Assembly: GCF_009914755.1 (NCBI RefSeq)
Contig: NC_060925.1
DNA: 64,000 nt
DNA from: the human T2T-CHM13v2.0 reference genome, Homo sapiens
Reading direction: 5' to 3' (one strand)
Position numbers and translations under genes: made by a program. The notes beneath the pieces are model-generated. The model was not told the DNA's origin. It made no database searches and saw only the letters and a list, made by a program, of their open reading frames with translations. Shown here in pieces: positions 42,880 to 56,405 of the stretch (the stretch's first letter is position 1; the number at the start of each line of letters is the position of its first letter).

Positions 42880-43450
42880 GTCGTGGATGTGGGTTTGTTG
42901 CTACTGTTATTCCATCATTCAACAGACCTGTACTAGACACAGTGAATTCCAAGAAGAATACACCAGCGGTCCAGTCCCTCAAGATGCTCAAAGCCTCCAG
43001 GGAGGGTTGGATGTGCAAATGTGTTCTCATGCAAAGCAGTAACTTCTTTAAGGTCTGAACAAAGTGCTATAGGTACCCAGAGGGGAGCCAAGGATTACCT
43101 TCACAGAGGAGATCATCTTTTATGTGGGAACAAGTGTGAATTTGCCTAGCCAGGGAAAGGGTTTGCAAGGCAGAGAAAATAGCACATGCAGAAGCTTGAC
43201 TTAATGAAAAGTCATAGTGAGCTTTGAGGAACACTGGTGAGTCCTGGGTTACTAAAGCAGAGGTCACCTGAGGAGTGCCAGGAGAAGTCCTGAGAGTTGC
43301 TGGGGGCCAGAATGTGAAAGATCTTACAGAGTAAGCTGAGGATTTGGCACCGATCCCACTAGCCACAGGCGTCAACAAATTTCATGGGGAAATAATGTGA
43401 TTTGATTTATATTTTATGAAGATAAGTTTGGTGCCAACAGGGAAAGACAG
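42880..43450 (-). mobile_element. L2 fragments
   Basis: gcagagaaaatagcacatgcagaagc...tgtgatttgatttatattttatgaagataa. Confidence 0.6.
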
Positions 43451-43953
43451 AAACTGGAGTTTAAAAACACAGGAGGTGAGGCCTCTGGAGTGGAACAGCA
43501 GAAAGCCACTCACTGCTTGGTGGGGAGTAACAACCCCACTCACTTCACTGAACCCTCTATGCAGTGGCTGTGTTCAGAGTTGAGCGGCTGCCACTGGAGT
43601 CTCGTGGCCCCCTGCAGTCCATCTGAAGAGGAGAAGGCCTGAGGGATGAGAAACTGGACTTCAGCTGGCTGCTCAATACAGACACTACGCTGAAGAGAGC
43701 TGCAGTGTTTCAGAACAATGCCAGAAATTAGTTGTTCTTTTCACCGGTAAGAAAAATCCTTCATCTGTCCCAGAAATCCCATTAAAGTGGACATTTTGAT
43801 GGATAAGAACTGAAGATGGTACGTGAGGACTCCTAGGTTATGTCCCCAACCTTCCATTCAACTCCCTCACCTTAATTCTTATATTTTGTTTCATCTTTGA
43901 AATATGCTTGAGGAATTATGTTTGGAAGATGAACTTCAGAAGTTCATAAAAAA

Positions 43954-44095
43954 CAGGATGACCAACTATCCTGGTTTGTCCAACACTGTTCTAGTTTTAG
44001 CACTGAAAGTCCACCATCCCAGAAAACTGAACCCCCTTGCCCACGCCCCCGCCCGCCTCCACTGTCTCAGGCAAACCAAGATGGCTGGTCACCCA
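43954..44095. mobile_element. MER81-like (hAT-Blackjack) MITE with a C-rich insert
   Basis: TIR-like ends aggatgaccaac / gctggtcaccc; gttttagcactgaaagtcc core. Confidence 0.8.
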
Positions 44096-44309
44096 CCCAA
44101 AAGGGCTATTAGAAACACTGTACTATGAAAAAAGACTGTGATTCAGCATTTATGAAATTCATAACTGATAGACATGACTTTTACTTGGGGAAAACTAGGT
44201 GATGATTTTTTCTCTATGTAATTTTAGGGTGCCATGCATAAGAACTCAACTTTCTTCCTCTAATAAAGCCGACATGTTGACTTATAAAAGATAGGAAACA
44301 GGAAACTAA

Positions 44310-44545
44310 TAACAATAATAGTGACGGTTAACATATTGGGCATGCACTATATTCCAGGCACTGTTCTAAGTGCTTTACATAAATAAGTCATTTAATCTTC
44401 ACAACAGCCTTATTATATTCATCCCCATTTTACAGATGAGCAAATGGAGGCACAGAGATCATATACATAATAAATGTACATAATGGAATTTGGATTTGAA
44501 CTCAGGCTGCCTAGGTCCAAAGTCCATGCTTTTAAATATTTCCTA
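44310..44545 (-). mobile_element. MIR SINE
   Basis: ccaggcactgttctaagtgctttacat...atccccattttacagatgag. Confidence 0.85.
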
Positions 44546-44963
44546 TATATAATGTATAATAACTCATTTATTAAGCCCCAACTATGTGCCAATCATTTTA
44601 CTGAGTGTGCATTCCATAAAGTACCTCATTTAACTCTCACAATAGTCTGTCTGGTACCAGATAGGTCATTCATTCATTTATTATTTGTTGAGCTTATGCT
44701 TGTTTAAGAATCATAATATTGTATTTTTGTAGGTGAAGGAGGATGGGGGTTTGGACCAAAGTAGTAGCAGTGAAAATGGATAGGGGAGGTAAGATTCAAG
44801 AAAATTTTCTGAAGTAAAAACATTAGAATATGAGATTAATTGAACACAAGGAATGAAGAAAAATAAATTGTTTAGGACAACCCTGGGATTTTGACCTGAG
44901 GGACTGGATGGGTGGTAGTCTACCAATCAAAATCAAAACTACAAGAAGATCTACCTTGAGAGG

Positions 44964-45332
44964 TGCTATAGACTGAATGTTTGTGTCCCCCTAAAATTCA
45001 TATGTTGAAATCCTAACCCCCAGTGTGATGGTATTAGGAGGTGGGGCCTTTGAAAGGTGATTAGGTCATGGGGCAGAGACTTCGTGAATGGAATCAGAGC
45101 CCTTATTAAAAAAAACCACCCTGGAGAGCGTCTTTGCCCATTCTGCCACGTAAGGACACAGTGAGAAGACAGTCATGTATAAACCAGGAAGCAAGTCTCA
45201 CCAGACAGCAAATTTCTCAGCACTTTGATCTAAGACCTCCTAGCTTCCGGAAAAGTAAGAAATAAATTTCTATTGCTTATAAGCTATCCAGCCTATGATA
45301 ATTTGTCATAGATGCTCAAAGGGACTAAGACA
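44964..45332 (+). mobile_element. MLT1A0-like MaLR LTR, inserted in an L2 spanning ~44720-45720
   Basis: tgctatagactgaatgtttgtgtcccc...aaattcatatgttgaaatcctaacccc...gactaagaca. Confidence 0.9.
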
Positions 45333-48028
45333 AGAGAGAAGTTAACGAGTTCATGTTGAAATGTATTAAGTTTCAGCTACTAAAGAGCACACCAGTTGAC
45401 GTGACCAGAAAGCCTGGAAACTTTTATCTGTAGTTCAGTGGCTGGAAGCCAGTACCCTAGACTTGGTGATTAGCGTTACAGGTATAAGGAAGATTATCCA
45501 GAGAAGATGACAAATGATAGAGCCCTAGGGAATGTCAACATTTTAGGGACAGCAGAGGAGACCCTGCCAAGGAGGCTGGAAGACTTAAGAAGAGGTAGGA
45601 GGAGAACTAGGAAACAAGTGGTTGCCCAGAAACCAAGGGAGGAGCAGGTGATGGTCAACAGGGCCAGTGCTGCAGAGAGGACAAACAGGAAGAGGGCTGA
45701 AGACAGATCATTATGACCAGGGTGTGATTCGGGATGGAGAGCACCAGATCAGAGCATGACCAGACAGCAGCAAGTCATCCCACTCCTGACCTTAGTGCCC
45801 TGACATTCCCTCAGCCAGGAATAAAATCAACCCCAATGCTGAGGGCAAGGCTAAGTCTGCCCCCTGGGGAGTTGGGGACTCCAGCTTCTGAGCCTGAAAG
45901 TTAAAGGAGCAGGCTGGGGCCCAAGGAGAGAGGCCACTACTGTTTACACATTCATTTCCAGGCACTCCTTCAGGCTATAAGACCAGCTCTAAAAAGCCCC
46001 AGAAACAAAACACAAAGCAAAAGCAAACAATTTAAAAACAAAACAACGAAACCAAAAATAAAAATAAAACCACACACACACACAAACACACACTTCCTTT
46101 TATAGCAGGAAAAAAAAAAAAGAAAAAATAATTCTACCTAATGAAATTTTCTGGACAGGTTTATGGCTGCCTGTTTATGGCTGCCTGACCTCCAACCCCA
46201 GGCTGGAGAATAACTGAGTTTTATTAAACATCAGCAAAATATGAATGAAGAGAGGGACAAGCTTTCGAAGGGTCTCATTTCATTTCCAAGCCCAAATAGC
46301 TCACAGTTGACCTTGAAACTATGGAGCATAATTTTCCTGTCAAGATGATAGAGAAAAGACAAAGTCGTGACAGGGTTCTGAATGGGAACCATTACATTCA
46401 TGTGAAGCAGCTCTGTTTTTAATACCCCCTCGGGAGAAAACATAGAAAGTTATGAGCTGAGCTAAGGAAAGATACGTGGATGCAAATCTGACCCTCATTC
46501 AACTCTAGAAAATTCAGCTGGAGAAAAAACATGTTATTTGAAGTCATATGTTTGATCTTCTTATGTGAATTGCCATTATTTATCTCTACTCCCTAAGTGG
46601 TATTGCCTGGGTCCATTCTTATGCTCTGAAACCAGGCTCCGTATCCAAATCTGTGTGATCATCCAAGCATTACGAGGTCTCCCCACTAGTCCACCACACT
46701 TCATTTTTCAAGTAGCAGGAGGATTGAGCAGAGCATTCCTGTGGGGAGAGACCCAAACAGGCCACCCCCAAACTGCTTCCTTCAGGCTGATAAGCCCCCA
46801 TCGTAAATTATGCTGTGACTGGAGGCTTCAGCCTCTTGCCATCAGCTTGCCTTTCTTTTGGAAAGATACCAGCTCTGTCCCCTGAAATATATCCTTTATT
46901 TTCAGAGTCCTTGAGGATTCCAAGGATCAGGAAAAGGAGCAAGAGAAGCCCCTCAATTCTAGGGCAAATCATCCCACACTGCTGTTTCCAAGCCTCAAGC
47001 TAACATCTCATTCTGGCTGCGCTCCCTTCTGGATCTCAGCAGCAATTCTACCACAGGGTGATGTGGTATTTCCAGTCTTCCACTTCACCATCCCCCACAC
47101 CCACTTTCCAGCTGTTGTCAAAGCAACATGAGAATTCACTGGGAGATTCAATGAGGAGAGATGGTCAGATGGGAGGGGTGGGATAAGAGGAAAACATACT
47201 GAGATAAGAAAAGCACTTGGTCCTCAGAGAACACATTCCTGCAATGCTGGGCTGCATCTCCATGGCACATGCTTTCACACTGACTCCTGGATCTAAGTCT
47301 GAGCTTTCAAATTCATTTTCTTTGGCCTCAAAAGGTTCTCAGACTTGAAACAGGATAAAGAGAGGGAGATGGAAGGCTCTTGGGTTGATCTTCAGAACAC
47401 CAGTTTGCACATTGTAGCCTACGTGCCTGCATGGGTCCGAAGATACACATTGATTGGAAAGACCTTGACCCAGCCTGTTCCAGTTCTATCCTATCCTTCT
47501 AGTCAATGACCCTGCTAAAAGCAGGAAAAGTGGCTGCCTGAACCCTGAGGCTACTAAGGCCTAGACTGAAACCTGTGAGCTCCTAAGCTTAAATCCCAGC
47601 CCTTTCCAATTCCAAACATTTTTCCCCAGATAAATCACTTTTTCTGGTCATGTCATCAACTACTTGCGCATTATTTAATGGATCAGCCATATGGATGAGT
47701 CAGTTTGGCTGTTGGGGCTGCCAAAAGTAAAACCCCAATTGATATGGTGGGTTGCTTAAAAATCTTATTGACAACAATTTAATTCAGTCAAGCTGTATTT
47801 CATCCTGGGACAGTTTCAAACCTTGGAAGAAGGGGAATCACCATGTCCACTATCTCGACTGGAAACTGGGTTCTGAGGCTGTGCTGATGCATGTGTCTAT
47901 AGCAACTCTGGAGAAAACAGTCCATTTAAAAGTTGCAACAGTGACCTCCAAACTTTGGGAGGGGTTATAACATCACGTAGCCATTTGGTTCTGTATGGAC
48001 TCTGTCCCCAAACATACAATCTAAAGTT

Positions 48029-48905
48029 GACCGTGCCGGTGCCTGGGCACACTGTGGGGCCTGGTCGGGAGCAGGTGCCTAGCCTGGCCTGACCCCACAT
48101 ACTCCCCACCCTCTGCACTCTGATGCTGAGTGGGTGCCAACCCCATCCCAGCCAGGATGATGGTGAAGTATTTCCTGGGCCAGAGTGTGCTCCAGAGGTC
48201 CTGGGTCCAAGTGTTCGCCGCCTAATGACAGCGGTACCCAAATCCCTACAGCAAACACAGTACACAGGGTGGTGACCCTTGAGCAGAGGCTCCTGTCCTG
48301 GCAACCTGACCAAGACCAGCAGATGCCCTGCTGGGCTGAGCCACTGTTTCCTGCCAGTGCTGCTCGCTCGGTGTCCATCCTGGAACACTCTACTGTGAAG
48401 CCACGGAAACAGACATGACCACCTCACCTGGAACATCAACCACACCCAGCTGTGGTGGTAGAGGAACCACGCGCTTACTCTGGGAACTCTGACAGCAGCG
48501 CCTGGACCCAAATCCACTGGAAAGCCTGGGTCTCCTGTAGCTTATTTAACCATCTCCAGAGCTGTCCAGCAATTTGGTCTCACCCAATTCAAAACCAACG
48601 TGATCACGACTAGGAAGGGTTTTGAATACATCTTGGCCAAGCTGCACAGTGTGGCCCCTTCCAAAACACTTATTGAGACAGCTAAGGGACCCAAGGAGAA
48701 GGCAAAGGAGACAGCACTGGAAGCTGCAGAGAAGGCCAAAGACCCAGCCATCCAGGGAGCCCCCAAACAGCAGCTGCAGTTAGTGTAGCCAGCTCACCAC
48801 GCCACAGCACCCCAGACAGCTCAGCCAACTTCCTCTACCCTCTCCCCATTGTATGTTATTATTAAAAAATCAACTTCCAGCCCCCCAAAAGAAATTTTTA
48901 AAAAT
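48029..48905 (+). pseudogene. PRELID1P: Processed pseudogene of PRELID1 (PRELI domain-containing 1)
   Basis: ATG 48160 reads MVKYFLGQSVLQRSWVQVFAA**QRYPNPYSKH; the C-terminus reads KGFEYILAKL...APSKTLIETAK..KEKAKETALEAAEKAKD...QQLQLV* (TAG 48786-48788), matching PRELID1. Intronless, with in-frame stops at 48223-48228, frameshifts, ATTAAA ~48861, an A-rich tail and TSD-like atctaaagtt/atttaaagtt. Paralog number not determined. Confidence 0.95.
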
Positions 48906-49284
48906 ATTTAAAGTTAATTGTAAATGATTTTGATTTTGAGATGTCTGTGTGAATTTCATTATAATCTTGCATTCTCTTAGACACTCAGGGTTTCTCCCAA
49001 AAAATCCAGCAAGGAATCAACCTTCTGCCCCTTAGGTCAGGAAATAGTCTTGCCAATGCTAAGAAGGAGAGCAAAGTTTTTCAAAAGTTAAGGCTCCCTC
49101 TAGGGCAACATATATGACGTGTTCAGATAAGGCTTTGAGCATTAGTTCTGACCCTATCCCAGCTACTCCAGCCTGTACCTACTCCTCAGAGAAGGCTGCA
49201 TTAGAAAGCTTCATGGGGTTCTCATGGAAAGAGGGTGGCTAGGGAGAGAAACTCCCACAGTCTTCCATGACACCATGTCTTCCA

Positions 49285-49530
49285 ATAATAACGGCTAACA
49301 TTTATTGAGCTTTTACTATGTGCTAGACACTATTCTAAGTGTACTCCCTAATCTAATCCTTATTTAAAACTCTCTGAAGGTGGTACTATCATTATCTCCA
49401 CTTTACAGGTGGAGAAACGGAGACACAAAGAGATCAAGCAACTTACCTAGAGACATACAAGGAATAAGTAACAGTGCCAGGATTCTAGCAAAGGAAGTCA
49501 GGCTGCAGGGTTCATCTCTTAACTGCTATA
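49285..49530 (-). mobile_element. MIR SINE
   Basis: gctaacatttattgagcttttactatgtgctagacac...ctccactttacaggtggagaaacggagac. Confidence 0.8.
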
Positions 49531-49533
49531 TCC

Positions 49534-49712
49534 CAGCAGCTCTTGAACCTGAGCAGGAAGAAGCATTTGGAAGGCTTGGTAAAATACAGATTGCTGGGCC
49601 TTGCTCCCAGAGTTTCTGATTCAGTAGTCCTGGGTGAGACCTGAGGATTTACTTCTCTAGCACATTCCAGGGTGATGCTGATGATACTGGACCACACATT
49701 TGAGAATCACTG
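49534..49712. mobile_element. MER5A
   Basis: gcttggtaaaatacagattgctgggcc...cagagtttctgattcagtag...tgagaatcactg. Confidence 0.85.
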
Positions 49713-50055
49713 TCTGTGCTATTCTACCTCTGGAGAAAATTCTTGATAGAACTTTCTTCTTCCCCACACACTTCTCCACTCCAGATACAAAGCTCAATGA
49801 GAGATGAGTTATACTGAGTAATCTCACAAGATCAACTAGCCAGTCTTTCAGGAGGCCTCAACTATTTCTCAGGCATCACTGTGTCAGGAACAGAATCCCA
49901 GCCTTCTGGGTGGAGCCTCTCTGAGCCACTGACTGGAAATACAGTCCATGGGAAATTAAGGTCCAGGCCGGCACCTCTTCATTTTTCTATCTAAACTCAC
50001 TCCTTTGTTGATAACACATTGTTTCTAAGCATATGAGCGTTATTAAGCAACAGCA

Positions 50056-50304
50056 AGGCCAAGGTGGGGGGACTGCTAGAGGCCAGGATTTCGAGACCAG
50101 CATGGGCAACCGGGCAACAAGTTCCCATCTCTACAAAAAAAAATCAAAACATTAGCCGAGTGTGATGGCACACACCTGTGGTCCTAGCTACTCAGTAGCC
50201 TGAGGCAGGAGGAACACTTGGGCCCAGGAGGTTGAGGCTGCAGTGAGCCAAGATCAGCCACTGCACTCCAATCTGGGTGACAGAGGGAGCCTCTGTCTCT
50301 AAAA
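50056..50304 (+). mobile_element. AluJ, 5'-truncated
   Basis: aggccaaggtggg...cctgtggtcctagctactc...ggcccaggaggttgaggctgcagtgagcc. Confidence 0.9.
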
Positions 50305-50390
50305 CAAGAAGATGCAAATAGTAAATCTCATTTGTTTGCTAAAACTTTCTTTATAGATGTTTTTAAAGTTATTATATCTCCCCAGGTTAA

Positions 50391-50829
<439 letters not shown>

Positions 50830-52996
50830 TAAAGACAGGATAAAGTTAGTACACAAAGATGCAAACCATAAGACAAACTCAAAGAAGGAAACACAACAGG
50901 TGCTAAGATTTACAGTTTCTTAGAAGCTCTTTGACACACTGAGATCTAAAAAATATTCCTGTCATTAAAAGGCATACTACATGATGTGGTCTACAATGTT
51001 CTCCACAGCATCTCCAAGTTAAATACAAAAAAATGTTTCACAGTACATTTATTAGAGTAGCTCTCAAAGCACACTCTAGGATATAATATTCTGCAAAATA
51101 TAGACCCTTCAGGGACCTACATATCAAGGCAACTGCCTTACCTACAGTAGGTTGCAATAAATATTTGAGAAGTAAAAACACTTCCAGTAGTTGGCTCTTC
51201 ACTATTCATACTTCAAAGTATGTGTATGAAGCACTGCAACTGCACTTCTGTCCAAATGCCTTGTAATTCTGATACTTTTGCCACTAACCTTCCACCCAAC
51301 TTACCTTGCTAACTTGAACTTCATTTCCTAATGCTTGAAGACTATTAGTACATCCTCATAGTGAAAGCCATCATATCATCCCTTTTTTAAAAAGTCCAGT
51401 TTTTCTCAAAAGATGACTCTTAAAGGTGTATCATTAAGCACTCTCATCAAATCACCCATTCATTAGTTTTGGTCTGTGACATCCTCTACTCTGACATTTT
51501 TCTGTGCCATTTGTAGCATAATGAGAACCATTTAAACCAAGTATCAGAGGCTGAGATTCTAATCCTGTCCCCATAACTTGGTGGCTGTGTGGCTTAACTT
51601 CTCCCAGGCTTGTTTTTCTCATTTGTTAAATGAGAGAGAAGAAAACTCGCCACCTAAAAACTCTCATTTAAGAAATGAATAAAAGACTTGAATGAACAAA
51701 TGTTGACTCTTAGAATTATGAATTAAAGTTACAAGAATGATCTTAACTAATGGTCACTGACATGTTTTCCCCTAGAAGTACTGATGTGTTACTGCTTCTA
51801 GGGGAAAACTACTACTATTCCCCCTGGAAGCAGTGATGCAATCATCAGTGTATGTGATCCTTCACCTGCGGCTGCTAGGGCAGCGGTGATGAACAGTGAG
51901 AGATTCCCACTGTGAAGCATAGTGGATGGATAGGAATACTTCATCACGGCTCAGCCAGCGTTGCTCAGATCCAGAGAGTGACTTCAACAAGCCAGTCTAC
52001 ACCAGTCATTGTACCACGAGGATCTGGTAGACAGCAGGAGTCAGCGTCTAAAGAAAACAGGGCTGGAGAATAAAGAGACATAAGAACAAAAGTAGTGAGT
52101 TGAAACAGGATAACAGGGGACAGGCTGAGGAAACTTCTGGAGTGGCAAGCCAATATCCACAGCTGGACCTGTTTAGATGGACAGGAAGGGATCACACAGA
52201 TACTCTCTCACCCAGCTCACCTTACCAGTCATGGCACATGCTTGCAAGCCTGCCATGAAACTGGAAGAACTGGGAGGTCAGCCCAGTTTTCAAACTCAGA
52301 CTCGCCAAATTGGTGTCCTTCCTGAGGCTCTCAACCTCAGAGTTAAGGAATGTGTTACTAGCAGTGGTTAATGTGTGAAAGTTTGTAAAGGCCTTATTTA
52401 TATATGTGCTTTATTTACTTATATAAATTAGAACCGAGTTGAGTTTGTCTGAGTGATAACTCCTCTCCTACTGGTATTCCAATGGTTTCTTTGAATTAAA
52501 GAGAAAGAGTGGGAAAACAGCCAGTGGTCTGGGAATTGCACATAATCTGAGGATTACTCATGGGTGTGACATGACATTAGGGAACCTAACCAGTTATAGA
52601 AGGAAATGGTGGGAAACAAGTGCTGGGGCCAAGAAAACTGAGTAGCCTCATGGAAATAACACAAGAGACGACATGGAATAGCTGTTGAAGGCCTGCTATG
52701 TATTTCAGAGAATCTGGGGAGGTACGAAGACCCCAGTGCTCCATGCTCACAATGGCAACAGAAGGAAGAATCAAGCTAATTACAGATGGTCCTGCATAGC
52801 CCTGGACTAATGATCCATCCGATTCTGATCATAAATCTTTTTCTCCCTAAAAGAGTTCTAATAATTTTATAATCTGGCTTCACTCATTTGGAATTCTTTA
52901 AACAGTAATATTCAGATACTAATTGCAGGAACAGAGAGGTACTTCAACCAATTCTTTTTTTTAAGTGATTCATTTACAATTTACGTATTAACAACT

Positions 52997-53486
52997 TCTG
53001 GTAGCCAGCCTCCAAGGTGCCTCCCAGTGATCCCCCTTTCCTGGGTATTCATGCCCTAGTGTAGTCCTTTCCTATATCCTACCAGCATTGGTCTGTGTGA
53101 CAAATAAAAGATGGCATAAGTGATGATGTCTGCCTTCCTACACTAGGTCATAAAAGATACTGCTGCTTTCACCTTGCCCTCTTGGACCACTTGTTCTGAG
53201 AGAAGTTAGCTGCCACGCTGTGAGAACACCCAAGCAGCCCTATAGAGAGTTCCACCTGAAGAGGAATTGAGGTACCCATTTTTCAGCCTTGCAAGTTCAC
53301 CATGTTGGAAGCAGATCCTCCAGTGCCAGTCAAGATTGCAAATGACTGCGGCCTCATGAGAGTTCCCGAGCCAGAATCTCTCAGCTAACCCACTTCCAGA
53401 AACCATGTATGATCATAAATGTGTTTTGTTGCCTTCAGTCATTTAATTTGGGATAATTTGTTCTGGGCAATAGAAAACCAATATAT
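52997..53486 (+). mobile_element. MLT1F-like MaLR LTR
   Basis: ggtagccagcctccaaggtgcctcccagtgatcccc...ggtattcatgccct...ttggaagcagatcctccag. Confidence 0.8.
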
Positions 53487-54934
53487 AACTCATGTGCTAA
53501 TTACAAATTACTATTATCACTCATTCAAACCAGAAACCTAAGGATGCTTATTTTCTACAACTTAGGAAATATTTAATAAAAATTTGTTGCTCATTCCCCA
53601 TAAATAGCCCAAATAAATTTCAGGTTTTATTGTATTTATGTGAACCTGCCCTGACTTTGACCAACTAGTATATTATTTATTTGGGATTAGAGTCAGTTCT
53701 CCATTGGTGGCCTCCCAGAAACAAGTCATTGGGAAGCTAGTCTAGTGTATATTTGGGTATATTTTATGATGATATCTAGGCTGTCATTTGGGACATGAAT
53801 TAATAAGTTATTGGTGATTATTTAAAAAGCCACAGAGTCTCATCAAAGGAATTTATTTTCCTCTCATGAATTTGACAAAAAGTTTTTATGGTACCAGGAG
53901 GGAATGAGTAGCAAAGGTAATCTCTGGGTATTTTTAACACATCTAAAATAGATCAAAAGGTTTCTGGATGATTCTTCCTGTCTAGCAGAAGTTAGACAGA
54001 AAATATAAAACTCAAATTATTATTTCTCACCACGGGAAAGGTGTGAACAAGAAGCAGTGTCAAAAGAAACTTGTTCTGCTTAGGCCAGTACATCATCCTG
54101 AGAGACTACAGTCCCCGTTTCCTAGGGCTTCATGACTTAGTTGGATCTGTGAGTTCCGAGAACATTTGACATAGCAACATCTGGGAGGCAAGAGAAAAAC
54201 ACATATTCCAAAGCAAAATATGAACTCTGTTTAGATAGGTCCTGTCCTGAATTATATGTTCCCCTTTAATCAGTGCAAATAAGCAAAAGCTAGCAATATT
54301 TGCAAAGGTCTTAGTTATGACTTATTTTCCTCCAGAAAGAATTGTACCCACCAATTACTGACTGGGAAATGAAAGAAACCAAACTTTAATCAAGATTGTT
54401 ACCCAAAGACCAAAGAAAAGTAGGCCATCCGGAGGATATTTCCCAAATATTTCAGCATAGTTTTTTTTCCCCATATACTGCTATAGGCCCTTATTATCTG
54501 ATGAGAATTTCTTTATTTTTCATCCCTCCACTCCCAGGAAGCCCCTTCTGATACCTAGACTATGTGAAGAACCCTACTCTCTGCTCTCCCTCCATACAAT
54601 AAGAATTTTGAAGGCTTGGTTCTGTCTAACTCGTTTTAGGGCCTCAGTGCCTAGCACAGAGCCTGGCACATGGGAATAAATTACATGTGTTGACTTAAAG
54701 TACGTTGAACTCATGATTTTCCCATCATAACATTCTGCTCCTTCTCTGGCAGTGCCTATTTGACAATTCCCCTTGATGTATTTTCTCTGTCCATTACTTT
54801 TTATAGCTCTCATTCTGAAGGTTTATATTTTACTGTTTGGATCAGCAGCAGGCAAAAAAAAAAAGGACAAAAATCTCTCCACATTTCTTCCCAGTCTGTG
54901 AGAATCTTAGAACTCAAAACACTACCATGTAACT

Positions 54935-55915
54935 TTACACCCACTAGGATGGCTATAAGCAAAAGAACAAAACAAAAACAGATAATAACAAGTGTTGGTG
55001 AGAATGTGGAGAAATAGGAACCCTCATACATTGCTGGTGGGGATGTAAAATGGTGCAGCCACTGTGGAAAACAGTTTGCCAGTTTCTCGCAAAGTTAATC
55101 ATAAAAGTACCAAATGACCCAACAATTCCACTCCTAGGTATATACCCAAGAGAATCAAAAACAGATCTTCAAACAAAAACTTGTAGACAAGTCTTCAAAG
55201 CAGTACTATTCACTATAGCCAAAGGTGGAAACAATTCAAGTGTCCATTAACTCATGAATGAGTAACAATATGCTGTATCTCTACACAGCGGAATATTATT
55301 TGGTCATGAAAAGGAATGCAGTTGTAATAGATACTACAGCATGGATAAGACTTGAAAGCATATGTTAAGTGAAGAAAGCCAGTTACAAAAGACTAACCGT
55401 TACAAAATTTCATTTATATGAAATGTCCAGAACAGGCAAATCTATAGAGACAGAAAATAGATTACTAGTTTCTTAGGTCCTGGGGGAGGGTGAAAGGATA
55501 GGTAATTGATAGCTAAAGGATAAAGAGTTTCTCTTTGTGATGATGAAAATGTCCTAAAATTGACTGTGATGATGGTTGTGCATACCTGTGAATATACTAA
55601 AAACTATTGAATTGCACATTCTAAATGGGTGAATTATATGGTATATGAATTATTATTATTATGAGATAAGGTCTTGTTCTGTCTCCCAGGCTGGAGTGCA
55701 GTGGCACAATCTCTGCTCACTGCAGCCTCAGCCTCCCGAGCTCAAGTAATCCTCCCACTTCAGCCTTCTGAGTACCTGGGACCACAGGTGTGTGCCCTTA
55801 TGCCTGGCAATTTTTTTTTTTTTTAAGAGAAGGGCTCCTGAGCTCAAGCAATCTGAGCCACCATGCCTGGCCTTGGTATGTGAATTATATCTCTAATAAA
55901 GCTGTTTTTAAAAGA
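54935..55915 (+). mobile_element. L1MB-type 3' fragment interrupted by an AluJ
   Basis: acacccactaggatggctata...ggaaccctcatacattgctggtggggatgtaaaatggtgcagccactgtggaaaacag...aataaagctgttttt. Confidence 0.9.
55653..55873 (-). mobile_element. AluJ with internal deletions in the left arm
   Basis: ggtcttgttctgtctcccaggctggagtgcagtggc...gagccaccatgcctggcc; TSD tggtatatgaatta/tggtatgtgaatta. Confidence 0.9.
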
Positions 55916-55925
55916 AACTACCATG

Positions 55926-56405
<480 letters not shown>

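Noticed and set aside
46159-46186. 14-bp tandem duplication gtttatggctgcct (similar short duplication at 27566-27597)
   Set aside because: Ordinary slippage-type duplication with no further support.
47897-48517. 206-aa minus-strand ORF
   Set aside because: It is an antisense shadow of the GC-rich PRELID1 pseudogene, starts at GTG and has no recognisable homology.
48600-48788. 62-aa ORF matching the PRELID1 C-terminus, read as a functional CDS
   Set aside because: It starts at GTG and lies downstream of stops and frameshifts in a processed pseudogene.
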